From: Squalus acanthias
Taxonomy: Eukaryota
DNA: 64,000 nucleotides
NCBI GenBank assembly: GCA_030390025.1
Contig: CM059433.1
Span: 15,502,001-15,566,000, forward strand
Direction of reading: 5' to 3'
The notes under the pieces are model-generated. The model was not told the DNA's origin, did no database searches, and saw only the letters and a list, made by a program, of their open reading frames with translations. Position 1 is the stretch's first letter. Every line of letters starts with the position of its first letter. This document shows positions 35,154 through 49,392 of this stretch, one piece after another. The position numbers were made by a program, and so were the translations under genes.

Positions 35154-38100
35154 AGGAACATAGGAACCGGAGTAGGCCATTCAGCCCCTCGAGCCTGTTC
35201 CGCCATTCAATGAGATCATGGCTGATCTGCGATCTACCTCCATATACCCACCTTTGCCCCATATCCCTTAATACCTCTGGTTAACAAAAAACTATCAATC
35301 TCCGATTTAAAATTAACAATTGATCTTGCATCAATCGCCGTTTACGGAAGAGAGTTCCAAACTTCTACCACCCTTTGTGTGTAGAAGTGTTTCCTAATTT
35401 CACTCCTGAAAGGTCTGGCTCTAATTTTTAGACTATGCCCCCTAGTCCTAGAATCCCCAACCAGCAGAAATATTTTCTCTCTATCTACCCTCTGTTCCCC
35501 TTAATATCCTGAAAACTTAGATCGGATCACCCCCTAACCTTCTAAATTCTAGAGAATACATCCCTAATTTGTGTAATCTCTCCTCATAACTTAACCCTTG
35601 AAGTCCAGGTATCATTCTGGTAAACCTACACTGCACTCGCTCCAAGGCCAATATATCCTTCCTAAGGTGTGGTGCCCAGAACTGCTCACAGTGCTCCAGG
35701 TGTGGTCTAACCAGGGTTTTGTACAGCTGCAGCATAACTTCTACCCTCCTTGTATTCTAGTCCTCTAGATATAAAGGCCAGCATTCCATTAGCCTTTTTG
35801 ATTATTTTCTGTACCTGTTCAAGACATTTTAATGATCCATGTACCTGGACCCCTAAGTCTCTTTTGACATCCACTGTTTTTAGCTTTTCACCATTTTAAA
35901 AAGTACCCTGTTCCATCCTTTTTAGGTTCAAAGTGGATGACCTCACATTTGCTTACATTGAAATCCTTTTGCCACAGTTTTGCCCATTCACTTAATCTGT
36001 CAATATCCCTTTGTAATGTTATGCTTTCGTCTACACTGCCTACAATGCCGCATATCTGTGTGTCATCGGCAAATTTGGATATATGACTTTCTATGCCATC
36101 ATCTAAGTCATTAATAAATATTTTGAATCGTTGAGGCCCTAACACAGATCCCTGCGGGACACCACTAGTCACATCCTACCAATTTGAGTTCCTACCCATT
36201 ATCCCTACTCTCTGTCTCCTGCCGCTCAGCCAATTTCCTAACCAGGTCAATAATTTGCCCTCCATTCTGTGGGCTTCTACCTTAGATAACAGTCTCTTAT
36301 GTGGGACTTTATCAAATGCCTTCTGGAAGTCCATATAAATAACATCCATAGACATTCTCCTGTCCACTACTTTAGTCACTCCTTCAAAAAATTCAATCAG
36401 GTTTGTCAGGCATGACCTGCCTTTCACAAATCCCTGCTGGCTCTCTCTGATCAACTGAAAATTTGCGAGGTGTTCAGTCACCCTATCCTTATTTATAGAC
36501 TCCAGCAATTTCCCGACAACAGATGTTAGGCTAACTGGTCTATAATTCCCTGGTTTCCCTCTCTCGCCATTCTTAAAAAGCGGAGTGACATGCGCAATTT
36601 TCCAATCTAAAGTGACCGTTCCTGAATCTAGAGAACTTTGGAAAAGTATAGTTAGGGCATCTGCAATGTGCTCACCTACTTCCTTTAAAACCCTGGGATG
36701 GAAACCATCTGGCCTTGGGGATTTGTGCCATTATTTTCTTTATTACTGTTATTTTACTTAGATTAATTTTATTGAGTCTCTGTCCCCGATTCAATATTAG
36801 TTTCTTTGGGATTTCTGGCATGTTATCCTCTTCTACTGTAAATACTGACGCAAAATAATTATTCAACATGTCTGCCATTTTCCCATTACATAGAAACATA
36901 GAAGATAGGAGCAGGAGTAGGCCATTCGGCCCCTTGAGCCTGCTCCGCCATTTAATGAGATCATGGCTGATCATCCAAATTCAGTACCCTGTCCCTGCTT
37001 TCTCCCCATATCCCTTGATCCCTTTAGTCTTAAGAAATATATCTAACTCCTTCTTGAATATATTTAATGAATTGGCCTCAACTGCCTTTTGTGGTAGAAA
37101 ATTCCACAGGTTCACCACTCTCTGGGTGAAGAAATTCCTCCTCATCTCTGTCCTAAATGGCTTACCCGTTATCTTTAGACTGTGACCCCTGGTTCTGGAC
37201 TCCCCTGCCATCGGGAACATCCTTCCTGCATCTAATCTGTCTAGTCCTGTTAGAATTTTATAAGTTTCAATGAGATCCCCTCTCATTCTTCTAAACTCCA
37301 GCGAATATAAGCCCAATCGACCCAATCTCTCCTCATACGTCATTCCTGCCATCCCAGGTATCAGTCTGGTGAATCTTCGCTGCACTCCCTCCATGGCAAG
37401 AACATCCTTCCTCAGATAAGGCGACCAAAACTGCACACAATACTCGAGGTGTGGTCTCACCAAGGCCCTCTCGTTATGAAGGCTAACATACCATTTGCCT
37501 TCTTAACCGCCTGCTGCACCTGCATGCTTACCTTCAGCGACTGGTGCACAAGGACACCCAGGTCTCGTTGCACTTCCCCCTCCTCCCAATCTATTGCCGT
37601 TCAGATAATCTGCCTTCCTGTTTTTGCCACCAAAGTGGATAACCTCGCAATTATTGAAAGTAATTATTCAACATGTCTGCCATTTTCCCATTGTCATTGA
37701 CAATATCACCACTTTCAGTTTTTAAGGGGTCAACATTGCTCCTGCCCACCCTCTTTTTCCTAATGTAACTGTAAAAATTCTTCATATTAATTTTGATATC
37801 CCTTGCAAGTTTCTTTTCATACTCTCTTTTTGTAGCTCTTACTATCTGTTTGTATCTTTCCTATTCAGCAAAATCTGTGCTTTTTTTGCATTTTTGTATG
37901 CCCTTCCTTTAGTTTTATGCTTTCCCTTACCTCTTTAGTTTTCCATGGCAAGTAGAGCTCTTGCCCCTCATGAGTATAAACTGGTTCTGTATCACATTCA
38001 ATTCTTTTTTAAACATCTCCCACTGATCTTCTGTCATTTTATCCATTAACAGATTTGCCCAGTTTACTGTGGACAGTCTCTGTCTCATCCCATTGATGTC

Positions 38101-38382
38101 AGCCTTATCTAACTCTTTCTCCCTTTCAAATGCTACGTTGAACTCGATCATGTTATGATGGCTATTGGATAACTGTTCACGCACAGTTAGGCTGTTAACT
38201 AAATCTGGCTCATTACTCATTACTAAATTTAATATGGCTTGCCCCCTTGTTGCCTCTCGGACATATTGTAGAAAACTATCCCGGACACACTCAAGAACCT
38301 TTCTGACAGGTGCTAGTCTGCTTATCCCAATCTATATGAAAGTTAAAATCCCCCATTAAAACCACTCTGCCTTTGCTACACA
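35154..38382 (-). mobile_element. CR1 LINE with a younger CR1 nested at 36888-37660
   Basis: RT motifs in ORFs 36176-36508, 35888-36172 and 35517-35735; second 3' tail at 36889; 32-bp duplication 36856-36887 / 37661-37692. Confidence 0.88.
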
Positions 38383-39289
38383 TATTATTTGTGCTTTTCT
38401 CAGTGCACGCTGCTTCTATCTCGTTAGCCAGTCCAAAAAGATCCTCCATTCCAGATAATGACCGTGTGAAGTTTCACCCAGTTGCTGAACTCATCCAGTG
38501 AAGAGATAACTAGTTCCGTGCCTTCCGCGACCTCATCACCAGAAGTTTCTTCATCCACTCCCCGACTCAATGTCACTGATTAAATAATCTCATCGCTCAT
38601 CGTTGCTCGTGTCGGGGCTTGGTGGTCTTCAAATTCAATGTCCTGTCATTTTGTGTGGAGATAGCTGGGCTGTCTCATCGGGAATGAATGCATCAATCAT
38701 GCGAGATTCCCACGACAATTGGTGATCTTTCAATTAGTCTCGGCTTGAATTCCATCGTTGTATCCTTGTCGGTCTGGGATGATCCTGATTAAGTCTTCAT
38801 TGTAGTCGGCCTGATTTCCATTGGAAAAAAAATCAATTCTTGCCATTTGGATCATTTAAATCCGGTTGTTTGTTGTAGTAAAGTGATTCTATATTTTTAT
38901 TGGGAGCATCTTCTGTAAAATCGCATTTGCTGAATTATTAAAAGTAGCTGATCATGGGTTTCTTTATTGTAGTATACCAAAGTATCTTTTTGCAAACCAG
39001 TTGCACATTTCTGATGCTGTACAAACAATACAGAGCATTGAAATAAATTACACATTGATTAACGATTTAAAAACACGGAAATAAGTTGCTACTCAGGATA
39101 CAGTGTCGTCAAAAGTATTAGTTGCTTAAGCTTGGGTCAAGTTTGCACCTGACAAGATATATTTAGGAAATAACAATGTATAGTTTACCAGTGGCATTCC
39201 ACTTTGATAAATCTGTCTTAAATGTTTCTCAGGCATATGGTTCAAAGTAAAGTTAAGGATCTACAATTCAATCACAGATATCAATAAAA

Positions 39290-39545
39290 GAAAGAAGGAA
39301 CTTGCATTTATGTAGCGCCTTTCACGACCTCGGGATGTCCCAAAGCGCTTTACAGCCACTGATGTACTTTTGAAGTGTAGTCACTGTTGTAATGTAGGAA
39401 ACGTGGCAGTCAATTTGTGCACAGCAAGCTCCCACAAATAGAAAGGAAATAAATGTCAGCCGAGATTAAGTGCTCAAGTCTCTGGAGTGGGGCTTGAACA
39501 CGCAACCTTCTAGCTCAGAGGCGAGAGTGCTACCACTGAGCCACT
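39290..39545 (-). mobile_element. SINE (tRNA head joined to tail, internally deleted)
   Basis: Reverse of ggctcagtggtagcactctcgcctctgag...gttcaagccccactcc head and the gcgctttgggacatcc...taaatgcaagttc tail. Confidence 0.78.
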
Positions 39546-39701
39546 ATACTTAGAGCCTTACTCTCAAACCCAATGATCATTGAAGTTCTGTCATGTATTC
39601 AATGAACAACATTGTTATAACCACTAAAATAACGCATACTGTTGTTGTTGCATATCTGCTTAATAGTAATGAATAACAATTGGAAAGTTAAGAAAGGTAA
39701 T

Positions 39702-40432
39702 GATGGTGAATTGTCAGTGTTTACCGTCATTACCCCTCTGAAACTGACCGCAACTTCAGGATTTAGCGCATGCGCAGCTAAAAGCAGAAATCCTGAAGTT
39801 GTGGTCTGTCATTCACTGCTCTTCCCCAGGCTGCACTATGGACTACCCCACCCCCGCCATAGCCGAAAATCAGTGGAACTGACAAAAACTTAAGTATTTC
39901 CACACTAATATCACTGTTAAACACCCCATTAAATTTTAAGCCTTGTTGGAAAAGATGTAACTGGGGTTTTAACAGCATATTGACTGCTAAACAACTGTTC
40001 TAGCCCTGAAAAACTAATTTTATACAAGTGGAATGTCAAATTTCTCCATTATGATACAAATTAATAGATTTTTAAAATATATATATATATATACTTTTTT
40101 AAAGTTTGTTCATGTTATTTCAGCTTCTACCTTACCCGTGTGTATGTTCCAATCTTTATTTTGCTCTCTAACATTTTTAAAAAGTACAGATAATCCGTGC
40201 TTTTCATTTCCTGGCTTGCTGTCTGTGCGAATTCTTCAATATGATTGGCTGCTTCGACAGCTTGATGATATCACTGCTGCTCTTCACTGAAGTTCCCCTT
40301 TGAAAGCGCTACAATCAATTTTGCGTCGAGGAAGCTAAAGTTCTCGCCACAGAGATCGCGAGATCACTGGGCAACTTTCTTCACGGTCAGCAGCAATCGC
40401 CGTCTCTTTGCTACGGACTGCAAATTATGGCC
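39702..40432. mobile_element. MITE, ~730 bp, Harbinger-type end
   Basis: Right end gcaaattatggcc; long hairpin ccgcaacttcaggattt...aaatcctgaagttgtgg with gcgcatgcgca loop; AT-rich core. Confidence 0.6.
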
Positions 40433-40613
40433 ATGTAGTTTACAAGAAAAAGCCACAATCCTTTGTATAAATGATGCCCAATATCTTTCATAGAATTCAA
40501 ATTCATAATCTAATATCTTGACTTACTGACTATCATAAGTTCAAACTGAGAGAATGGTCTTAATTGAATTACTGTACCGTAATTCAGAGAGGTGCCCAGT
40601 ATCCTCTCTTATT

Positions 40614-41317
40614 GGCTCAGATTTTACTGGCCATATGACGGTATAGGCACAGCGTACGCCGTCGTAAGTGCCCCGCAAGTTCTGGATCTCCGCATGCGAA
40701 AACCCGGAATTTGCGATTTGTCAAGATTCTCCTTGACGGATCGTACCTATCCACTGGAAATTCACTTTCGCTGGCGGAGAGTTGGGCTTTTTGCCCAACT
40801 ACTGCCCAGCGAATACCCACCAAACCCTTACACCTGGTAAAAGCAGGCGTAAGGCTGCCTTTTTCCAGCATAAGGGTGAAAATAAATGTTTAAATCATTT
40901 AAAAACATTTATTTTAACATTCACTTACATTTAAAAATAGTTTGTCAATTTTGTCCCGGTTAAACATGATTTAATTTATTTTTCAAAAAATCAAATTTTT
41001 ATTTTAAATGTTTAATTAAATGGTATTTTAATTAATTTTGAACCTGTGATCATTTATTTCAGTGTTGTGAAATTGTATTTTTTAGGTGATTTCTAGTATG
41101 CTTATGGGGATTCCGTACATAAATAGAATCCCCATTAGCCTCCCCTTTTGTTATTGGTTGGGCTGGCCCACATGATCCCAGGGACGCTTGCGAACCGCCT
41201 GCGCCCCTGGGATACATGGGCCTTTACGCAGGCCTATACCTGCAGGCCCAGGACCATGAGTCCGAAGCCCCGGAGGCAGCAGGTCAGTGCGTACTTTCCT
41301 TGCGGTTCGGAGGCGTA
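40614..41317. mobile_element. Harbinger-type MITE, right end replaced by a PLE tail
   Basis: att|ggctcagatttt; collinear with 28434-29154. Confidence 0.8.
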
Positions 41318-41413
41318 CGAAGGGTCATCAACCTGAAGCGTTAACTCTGTTTCTCTCTCTACAGATGCTGCCTGACCTGCTGAGGATTTCCAGCATTTTC
41401 TGGTTTTATTTCA
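41318..41413 (+). mobile_element. PLE tail fragment starting within a degenerate hammerhead
   Basis: cgaagggtcatcaacctgaagcgttaactctg...cagcattttctgg matches 3412-3505. Confidence 0.75.
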
Positions 41414-42196
41414 TTGTTCCTGTTCATCTGTGTAATCCCATAGATCGATCTCCGCTCTAGCCCTACCTTTAATACCAAATTTACATTTGCCATACCAGCC
41501 ATTTTATGTGCTGTTTCAGGGATGTTGTCAGATTGATATCAATTAGTACCAAATTATGGGCAGTTTTTTCATGGACATATGCCTCGGAATCTCTACTAGG
41601 AATTAAATTGAGACTACTGAAGGTCATCGTATATAAAAGGAAATGAAAGCCAGGGCAATTGTTAACATGCACAATTTGACCAATATTTAAGTAATATAAT
41701 AACAGTGATACTAAGGAAAATAAGGAAGGATTAGATCTGAGTGATAATATATAGAAGTAGAACACTCAGTTTGTTTTTCAAGCCATTGACGACTAATTAA
41801 TTGAAGTGTTATTTATTTTCTGTTCTGTTTTAACACTCCTGAAAATGTTTTGTCAACTGCCTGTCCATCTCTCTACATACCACTGGCCAACCTCCTGAAT
41901 TACAAATAGCTACAGGAATATCTTAACCCATAAGCAGTGCTTTCTTCATTATTATAAATATTGGTCTCCATACAAAGACAAGTTATGAAATTCAAAATGT
42001 TATACTTTTGCGAAAAGTTTGCTATTTCAATTCGATAGTGGGCCATTAGTTTAGTACTGTTACAATAAGGTACCAGAACATGATATTTACTGTAGTAATA
42101 GGAAAGGGAACAGTAATTCTAGTCATGATGTTATCACACGATTTGACATATTTCGCACGATATTGCCGTGTGACTTTTATATCCAGCATAAAATTA

Positions 42197-42958
42197 GTAG
42201 GCAAGTGTGAGGTCATCCACTTTGGACCTAAAAAGGATCGAACAGGGTCCTTTCTAAATGGTGAAAAACTAAAAACAGTGGAGGTCCAAAGAGACTTGGG
42301 GGTCCAGGTACATGGATCATTAAAATGTTATGGACAGGTACAGAAAATAATCAAAAAGCCTAATGGAATGCTGGCCTTTATATCTAGAGGACTAGAGTAC
42401 AAGGGGTAGAAGTTATGCTGCAGCTGGAGTACTGCGTTCAGTTCTGGGCACCACACCTTAGGAAGGATATATTGGCCTTGGAGGGAGTGCAGCATAGGTT
42501 TATCAGAATGATACCCAGACTTCAAGGGTTAAATTAAGAGGAGAGATTACACAAATTACAGTTGTATTCCCTGGAATTTAGAAGGCTAAGGGGGTGATTT
42601 GATCAAAGTTTTCAAGATATTAAGGGGAACAGATAGGGTAGAGAGAAACACTTTCTGCTGTTTGGGGAATCTAGGACTAGGGTACGTAGCTTAAATATTA
42701 GAGCCAGATCTTTCAGGAGTGAAGTTAGGAAACACTTACGATCAAAAGATGGTAGAAGTTTGGAACTCTTCCGCAAACAGCAGTTGATGCTAGATCAATT
42801 GTTAATTTTAAATCTGAGATTGACAGATTTTTGTTAACCAAAGGTTTTCAGGGATATGGGCCAAAGGAGGGTCAGGTCTCAGATCAGCCATGATCTCATT
42901 GAATGGCAGAACAGGCCTGAGGGACTAAATGGCTTAATCCGAATTCCTATGTTCCTAT
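42197..42958 (+). mobile_element. CR1 3' fragment
   Basis: KCEVIHFG...RDLGVQVH; ttcctatgttccta tail. Confidence 0.88.
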
Positions 42959-43811
42959 CCCTCAGTGTCCACTGGAAATATGTGAATTGAGCAAACCGTG
43001 ACTTTATTATAGTATCAAATTTATATTACAGATGGGAAGATAAGTTTTTTTTCTGTATCATCTCTCCTTTAAAATCCCATGTATGCAAGGAATACCATCG
43101 GTACATCGGGGAAGATATCTTGCAGGCGCTTTGCGCAACAGAATTTTGATGGAACTAGTACACAAGTAAGTTACTTCAACAGCATATTATATAGTTATAT
43201 AGTTCCAGCTGTTAACCATCTCATACCATGCTACACGAATGTGCATCCTCTAAGCATTTTCCAGAAAGGAACCACCACAGGAACATGACAACCTGTTGTA
43301 CCCTTATAACAATTAAAATGTTGTTTGACAGAGTATTCAAGTGCATTTACAGTCCATCATTACAAATATCTAGTCCAAAATTTGACAAATAGCACTGAGT
43401 ATTGTGACAGGAGGTGTGCCTGATGGCTCTTCTGTACATAGTTAATTCATGTGATTATCTATCTGTTAATGGACCTTTAGGTTCCACTCAGTGGCCTATT
43501 CATGTCCAAATTGATGTATCACAATTGTCTGAGATACTTAATCCATAGCACTGACAGCAGAAAACTAGTTCACAAGTTATGTAATGCTGCTTTAGTCTGT
43601 ACACACATTTCATCTTGGCCACAGTCTCTGCATCACTGAGTCCTAAAGCCAACATTTATTTACTTTTGGATAGCCAGTCATAGCTGCTTTCAGCATAGAA
43701 GCCAAGATTGCACACTTTAGGGCATCTTTTGTCCTGGACCATCTGGTTTCCATCTCGTGGCCTTGGATCAAGTAATGTTTTCAAATACATAGACACTCAT
43801 ATCACTTTTAA

Positions 43812-44262
43812 GAACGTTGGAACAGGAGTAGACGATTCAGCCCCTCGAGCCTGTTCTCCCATTAAATTGGATCATGGCTGATCTGTATCTTAACTCCATC
43901 CACCTGCCTTGGTTCCATACCTTGCCTAACAAAACTCTATCAATCTCAGTTTTGAAATTTTCAATTGACCCAGCCTCAACAGCTTTTTGGGGGAGAGAGT
44001 TCCAGATTTCCACTACCCTTTGTGTGAAGAAGGGCTTCCTGACATCACCCCTTAATGGTCTAGCTCTAATCTTAAGGTTATGAGCTCTTGTTCTGGACTC
44101 CCCCTGCCAGAGGAAATACTTTCTATCTACCCTATCAAATGCTTTAATCATCTTAAAAACACCTCCATTAGATCACCCCTTACTCTTTTATATTCAAAGG
44201 GAATACAAGCCCAGTCTATACAACCTGTCCTTATAATTTAACCCTTTAAGCCACAGTATCAT
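43812..44262 (-). mobile_element. CR1 3' fragment
   Basis: ORF 43837-44151(-) FFTQRVVEIWNSLP. Confidence 0.85.
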
Positions 44263-44264
44263 TC

Positions 44265-46111
44265 GGTACTCGCCTACCAAAGAGGCGAGGATTGTGGTGG
44301 TCTGTTGCGCATTGCACAACTTTGCCCCATGGGGAGGACTGACCCTTAACCCAGCAGACGAGATAGCGGTGGAAATGGACGACATGGAGGATCCCAACAA
44401 GGATGTCGCTGGGGCCATGGTTCATGGCCCCTCCGAGGAAACCATGGCTGGAGCGGTCAGGGCTGCTCGAGAGCAGCTAGTGGCTCATGCATTTAGACAG
44501 TGATGAAAGTGGCACGCTGCCTCCTCCTCCTCCCCCTCCCCCAGGAAAGCACACCGGGACAGACAAGCTTAAAAGTGAACCCGCGACCTTTTAATGAAGC
44601 AGCAAATACTCAGTGCAAAACTTTGAAGAAACATTGAAGTAATTATTGCAAAACTTTACCTAAGCATTGAGGTGCTTAGCGTAAAACATTAAATAAAAAT
44701 TGAGGTAACTAGTGACTGGAAACAGTTGTAACAGGGTTGATATAAAAAAAAAACTCAAACAGTTACAAATGACTTGGGTACAGCAACAACATTTTTAATA
44801 CAGTCAAAAGAAATACAAATATCAATAAATATCACAACGCCAACAATTAAAGAACAAACAGCAAAAATTAACAGACTTGCCCCCTCACAGGCATGTCTGA
44901 GGGTTGCTGTGACAAAGTCTGAGCCAGAGGAGGTGGACTCTGCAAGAGGGGCACCCTACTACCTCCTGTGCCTTGCCCTTCTCCCTGGACGGACCCCTCT
45001 TGTGCCAAGGGCATGACCTCCAGTGTAGGTACCCTCCACTTCCTCTAGATGCCTTGCCTGTTGTTTCTCCTCCTCCTCCTCCCGCTCACTTACCACGTCA
45101 CTGCCCTCTGCAGGTCGGGCATCCAAAGACAGCTGTGTATCTGTGGGAAGGAAGAACAAAAAATGTTACAATGGTGAAGCATATTCATCTGCCACATCAC
45201 AGAAGCTCAAATGCCGCACAAGCACATTCATAATTTAACCTCCTTTTCACACCCTGCAGCCAACAAAGGGGTTTTAAACAAGTGGCTGGCCAACACAAGA
45301 ATGTGACACTCGCCTTTCCTCACTCCAATGTCTGTTTGGGAACCAGACACTGAACTGATACCCACCAGCTGACAGGCCCTTTATTTGTGTTCGCACATCT
45401 CCTTCAGAAAGGCCACACCACCACAGGTCCTCGACAGTCTGAGCCATCTTGCTCTGCACAGGCGTGAAAAATCAAAATTAGTTTGTGCTTGTTTGTTGGT
45501 GTGCGAGACAAGTTGGGTGCTTTGGAGACGGGATCAAATTCACTACAGCAATTTCACACACCTCAATCCTCTGGGCAGAGATTTAAAAAAATCTTTAAAA
45601 GCACTTAGTGAGGCCCGTCTCCAATGGCAATGGAGTCTTACAACCAGTTGACATTAGATTGAACCCTGACCACCCCACCCATAAACAAGCTCTTCGCTAT
45701 TCACTGCATCAGTAATAGTAAGGACATTAAATAAAAACCTTAAATTTTAAAATTTGTAAACATCAGTACAAACCCTCGTTCAATTTGTTGCGGCACTGTT
45801 CCGCTGTCCGTGGCACGGTTCAGTTAGCACTCGAACCTGTGCCACCTCCCTCTATGGCAACATGCTAACTTTCTGTGGCACCCAGCACTACTTGTTCCCC
45901 AAAAGCTTCGCTGTTTATTGTCCCACGTGACCACACTTTCTCATGTGCAATTCCAAATGCTGCTCAGATGCCCTGCAGAGGGCGCCACGCTGTATCGCAC
46001 TCCCGATGACCATAAGCTGCGGTGGAAAAGTCCATGAAAAGTCTGTGGGCAGCTATAAGCGTAATGAACAGTGAGCACCGATCATTCGCCGCTGACCACA
46101 AAATCTGGGCC
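44265..46111 (+). mobile_element. Truncated Harbinger element (transposase C-terminus, convergent second-gene remnant, right TIR)
   Basis: YSPTKEARIVVVCCALHNF...AAREQLVAHAF* (44267-44503); terminal aaaatctgggcc at 46100-46111. Confidence 0.7.
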
Positions 46112-46530
46112 TTTATCTTTCTTACCCTTCTTAAATAGTGGAGTGGCATTGCCAATTTTCCAATCCAAGGGGACAGTTCCTGAATCGAGTGTGTTTTGGA
46201 AGATCATGACTAAAGCATCTACAATTTCCTCACCTACTTGTTTCAATATCCTGGGGTGGAAATCATTGGGTCCGAGAGATTTGTCAATCTTTAGTCTCAT
46301 TATTTTCTCCATCAACTTTTTTTTAAACTTATATTAAATCTAGTAAATTCCTCCTCTTGATTTAGTTTTACTTTTCCTCGAATCTCTGGTACTTTATCCT
46401 CATCCTCTACTGCGAAGACCGTTAAATGATAATTTAGCAAGTCTGCCAATTCCTGATGTTCAATTACAATATCACCTGCATCTGTCTTCAAGAGGCCCAC
46501 ATGACTCTTAGCGAACCTCTTTATCTTGTC
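46112..46530 (-). mobile_element. CR1 internal fragment
   Basis: LKIDKSLGPNDFHPRILK...VPLDWKIGNATPLFKKG. Confidence 0.82.
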
Positions 46531-49392
46531 ATTGTATATGTTTTTTAATGTGGCAATTGTGGACACAGCTGGTGTCTTTTAAAGCCAACTTCTGTGTTAA
46601 TATGCAAGATATCAACCAGACTGATGCTCCATGTCTGCCAGATGTGTGTTGGCCAGGTTTGCCTATTTGAGTCATTTCCAAGGTGCCCTGTAGCGCCAGT
46701 GATTTTTTTTTTTCTTTAAGCAGATTTTGAAGCTTCCATTAGTTTTTGTCATCACTTGATGTGAGCTATGGGTTCCTATCATCACTTGATGTGAGCGTTA
46801 CTGAAGAGTTCCATATGTAATAGAAATCAACTATCTATTACCTAGAACATCATAAAACATAAAGGTCAGCTTCTGTGCTTGAGGCATGACTGACAGATCG
46901 GACGAACCACCTATTGGTAATTCATTTATGATCAATAGGCAATAATCTTTTTGTAACGAGGACCACAAAATCCCGTAGGGTTCTGCCTGCCATAACTGGC
47001 ATACTGATCTCCACAAGGGTGTAAGTGGGGCCCACAGGTGGGGTATGGGCCAGGCAAGCGCCGCTCAGGGGGCTGATAGGATCCTGGCCAGGGGTAGGGG
47101 AGTAAGGGCTGGGCAACTCTTCCCCAGGGGTAGGCAGGGGCTGGAGGTTCCAGTAGGCAGGTGGCGGAGATGCAATTGAAGTGACGCTCGTGACCGCCTG
47201 ACCCCGAAAATTCTGACAGGGTCGGCACTGGAGGGCACCGTCCGACGTGACCCCGAGGTAACCGCTGGATAACTAGCCAAGGAATCTCCGGGACAAGATA
47301 TGTGTGTACAGGGACTACAGAATTGCTGTGAAAGGAAGAGTCATGCGGTGCAGATCTTCCTTTTCCTGCGCATATTTGAAAGGCTGGTTACGGTACAGGG
47401 AGGAAAATTGGGTAGGGAGGATTGCACGTCTGGAAGGAATTTTCTGACCATGAACCTCTTAGAATATTGCATGAATCTCCATGGGACTGCTGCTAGAAGC
47501 CCCGGGGAACCTCGCCTTTTAAGTTGCCACAGAAAAGCCCTCTGGGCTCAGTGACATCACCCCCCACTGGCACAAAGAGCTGGACCCCACTTGGGGGTGA
47601 CCAGAAACAGGTGGAAAAGTAGCCAGGGGAAGGTGGCGGGGGGAGGGGAGGTGGTATGGAGAGAGACAGAGTCGGGAGAAGTGTGGGGTTGGGTTGGAAG
47701 AAGGCAAACTGGGTCTAGGGGATTGGGACTCCATGGTGGGAGGAGGGGGGGAGAAGAGTCAGTGACTGGGGAGGGATGGTGAATTGAGGCTCGGGTGGTG
47801 TGAGAGAGTGACAGGTTAAGGGGAGATTGGGGGCTGGGAGTTTGGATGGTGGGTGCGGACGCTTGGGGGGTCAGCATTTCCTTCATTGCTGGGAGCAGCA
47901 GCAACGTGACTCTGGGAGAGGAGCAGCCAGTAAAATTGTGATAATAACCTGAGGAATTTAGTGAAAGATTGTTGGGAGACAGAGATCGAGGATTCTCACT
48001 GGAAGAAGCAAAGGGGAAGGTTTTTGCACTGAAGGCTATTAACCATGGAAAGCTTCACCACAAGTGGCTATTGCAACAGAGACTAAATTATTTAAAAGGG
48101 AATGGGATACATATTTGAAAAGATGGAATATATAAAAGATCTGGAGGATTGAGATTACAAGAGAGAGTGCCAACACCAGCACAGGCACTGGGGGTTGAAT
48201 GGCCCCTCCTGTGTTGTAATTTCTATCATTCTATGAAAATGTTGTTGCGGAGCTGGGTTTAGGATGATGTTCCCGGTGAGAAGTTGCCCCAAACACCAAG
48301 CCCACTGCCCCTTGTGCGATCTCTTGGTTTGGTTCAGGTCGGTCTGTACCAGCTGGTAGTCCAAGTATCTATCGGCTCTGACTGAGGCTCTCAGTTCAGA
48401 GTTGGCACCTTCACACACAACGTGAGTCCAAACCAGAGTCCACTGAGATAGGGAGGGAGATGGGGCCTGTTAAAAGTGGCATCGATGGGGAGCCTGACCG
48501 CACCTTGTGCAGTGCAGAGGGATTCTAGCTCTAGTTACAGGATGAAAATTACCCGGTTACAGGATTACTACTAGTTACAGGTAGGATATTGGGGCATTAC
48601 ACCTATTACTACCATATAGACTATCAGTGAGTTATTGTATTACTGTTGGTAATGAGGGGAATCTGAGTGTTGCTCGTAATACGATTAGTTATCAGTCCAA
48701 TTTCAGTGTGATACTGTTGGAATCAAACTTACTCCCACCTCTGGTTGCACCCCACCGCAAAGCCTTCACGTACTCTCGGCTTCCCCGCCCTCCCCCACCC
48801 TCGATGGCCTCTTGGTTCTCTGAATTTCTCACACAATAGCCGCTGGTGTGAAACCACGAGCAAAAGTACTCAACTACAGGGAACCCAACCTTTTATAAGG
48901 TAAATTGCAGCAACATTTGCAGATGCCACGCAATAAGACACCCAGGAATACCTCCAACCATAGTTGGCAACCCTAATTTAAACAAGACAGGAAATTAGGT
49001 CAGTTCCCTGATGGGCGTACGATCCTTCCTGCCCAATTCTCCTCTACGCACTATGTCCAAGCAATCAAATTTGCCCAGTTGCAGAACAGAAAAATCTGCC
49101 ACATAATGGCGAGACTTTTCACTACCTGGGCGGGTCGGGTGTGGGCGGGCGCCGTGGCGGGTCGCGATCATACCATGCTACTCTTCAGAATGACTTTCTG
49201 TTAATGGGGCCTATTACGGCCGGCCTGCGCGTTTCCCAGCCCTATTAAATGATGTGGGTCTGATTACGTCATCGATGACGTGTTTTCAGCCGGGATGTTT
49301 AAAGGAGCCTTGGCCACATTGCATGTGAAGGTTCACCTAGGAGTGCGCAGGCAGCACACTGCACCATTGGACTGCTGCAAAGAGTGCCAAAC

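Larger units (their letters stand above)
30674..39030 (-). mobile_element. Old Tigger/pogo-like DNA transposon remnant in three pieces (30674-30813, 35132-35153, ~38383-39030)
   Basis: TA|CAGTCGAA terminus. Reverse translation across the removed insertions gives ...APTRATMSDEII*...EETSGDE...LANEIEAACTEKSTNNTKQSTLYSF, resembling the acidic C-terminus + KQ(T/S)TL.SF tail of Tigger transposases. Confidence 0.6.

Noticed and set aside
47340..49102. Inverted similarity between ~47345-47450 and ~48997-49102 as TIRs of one element
   Set aside because: Highly diverged with no TSD identified; more likely two old MITE fragments.
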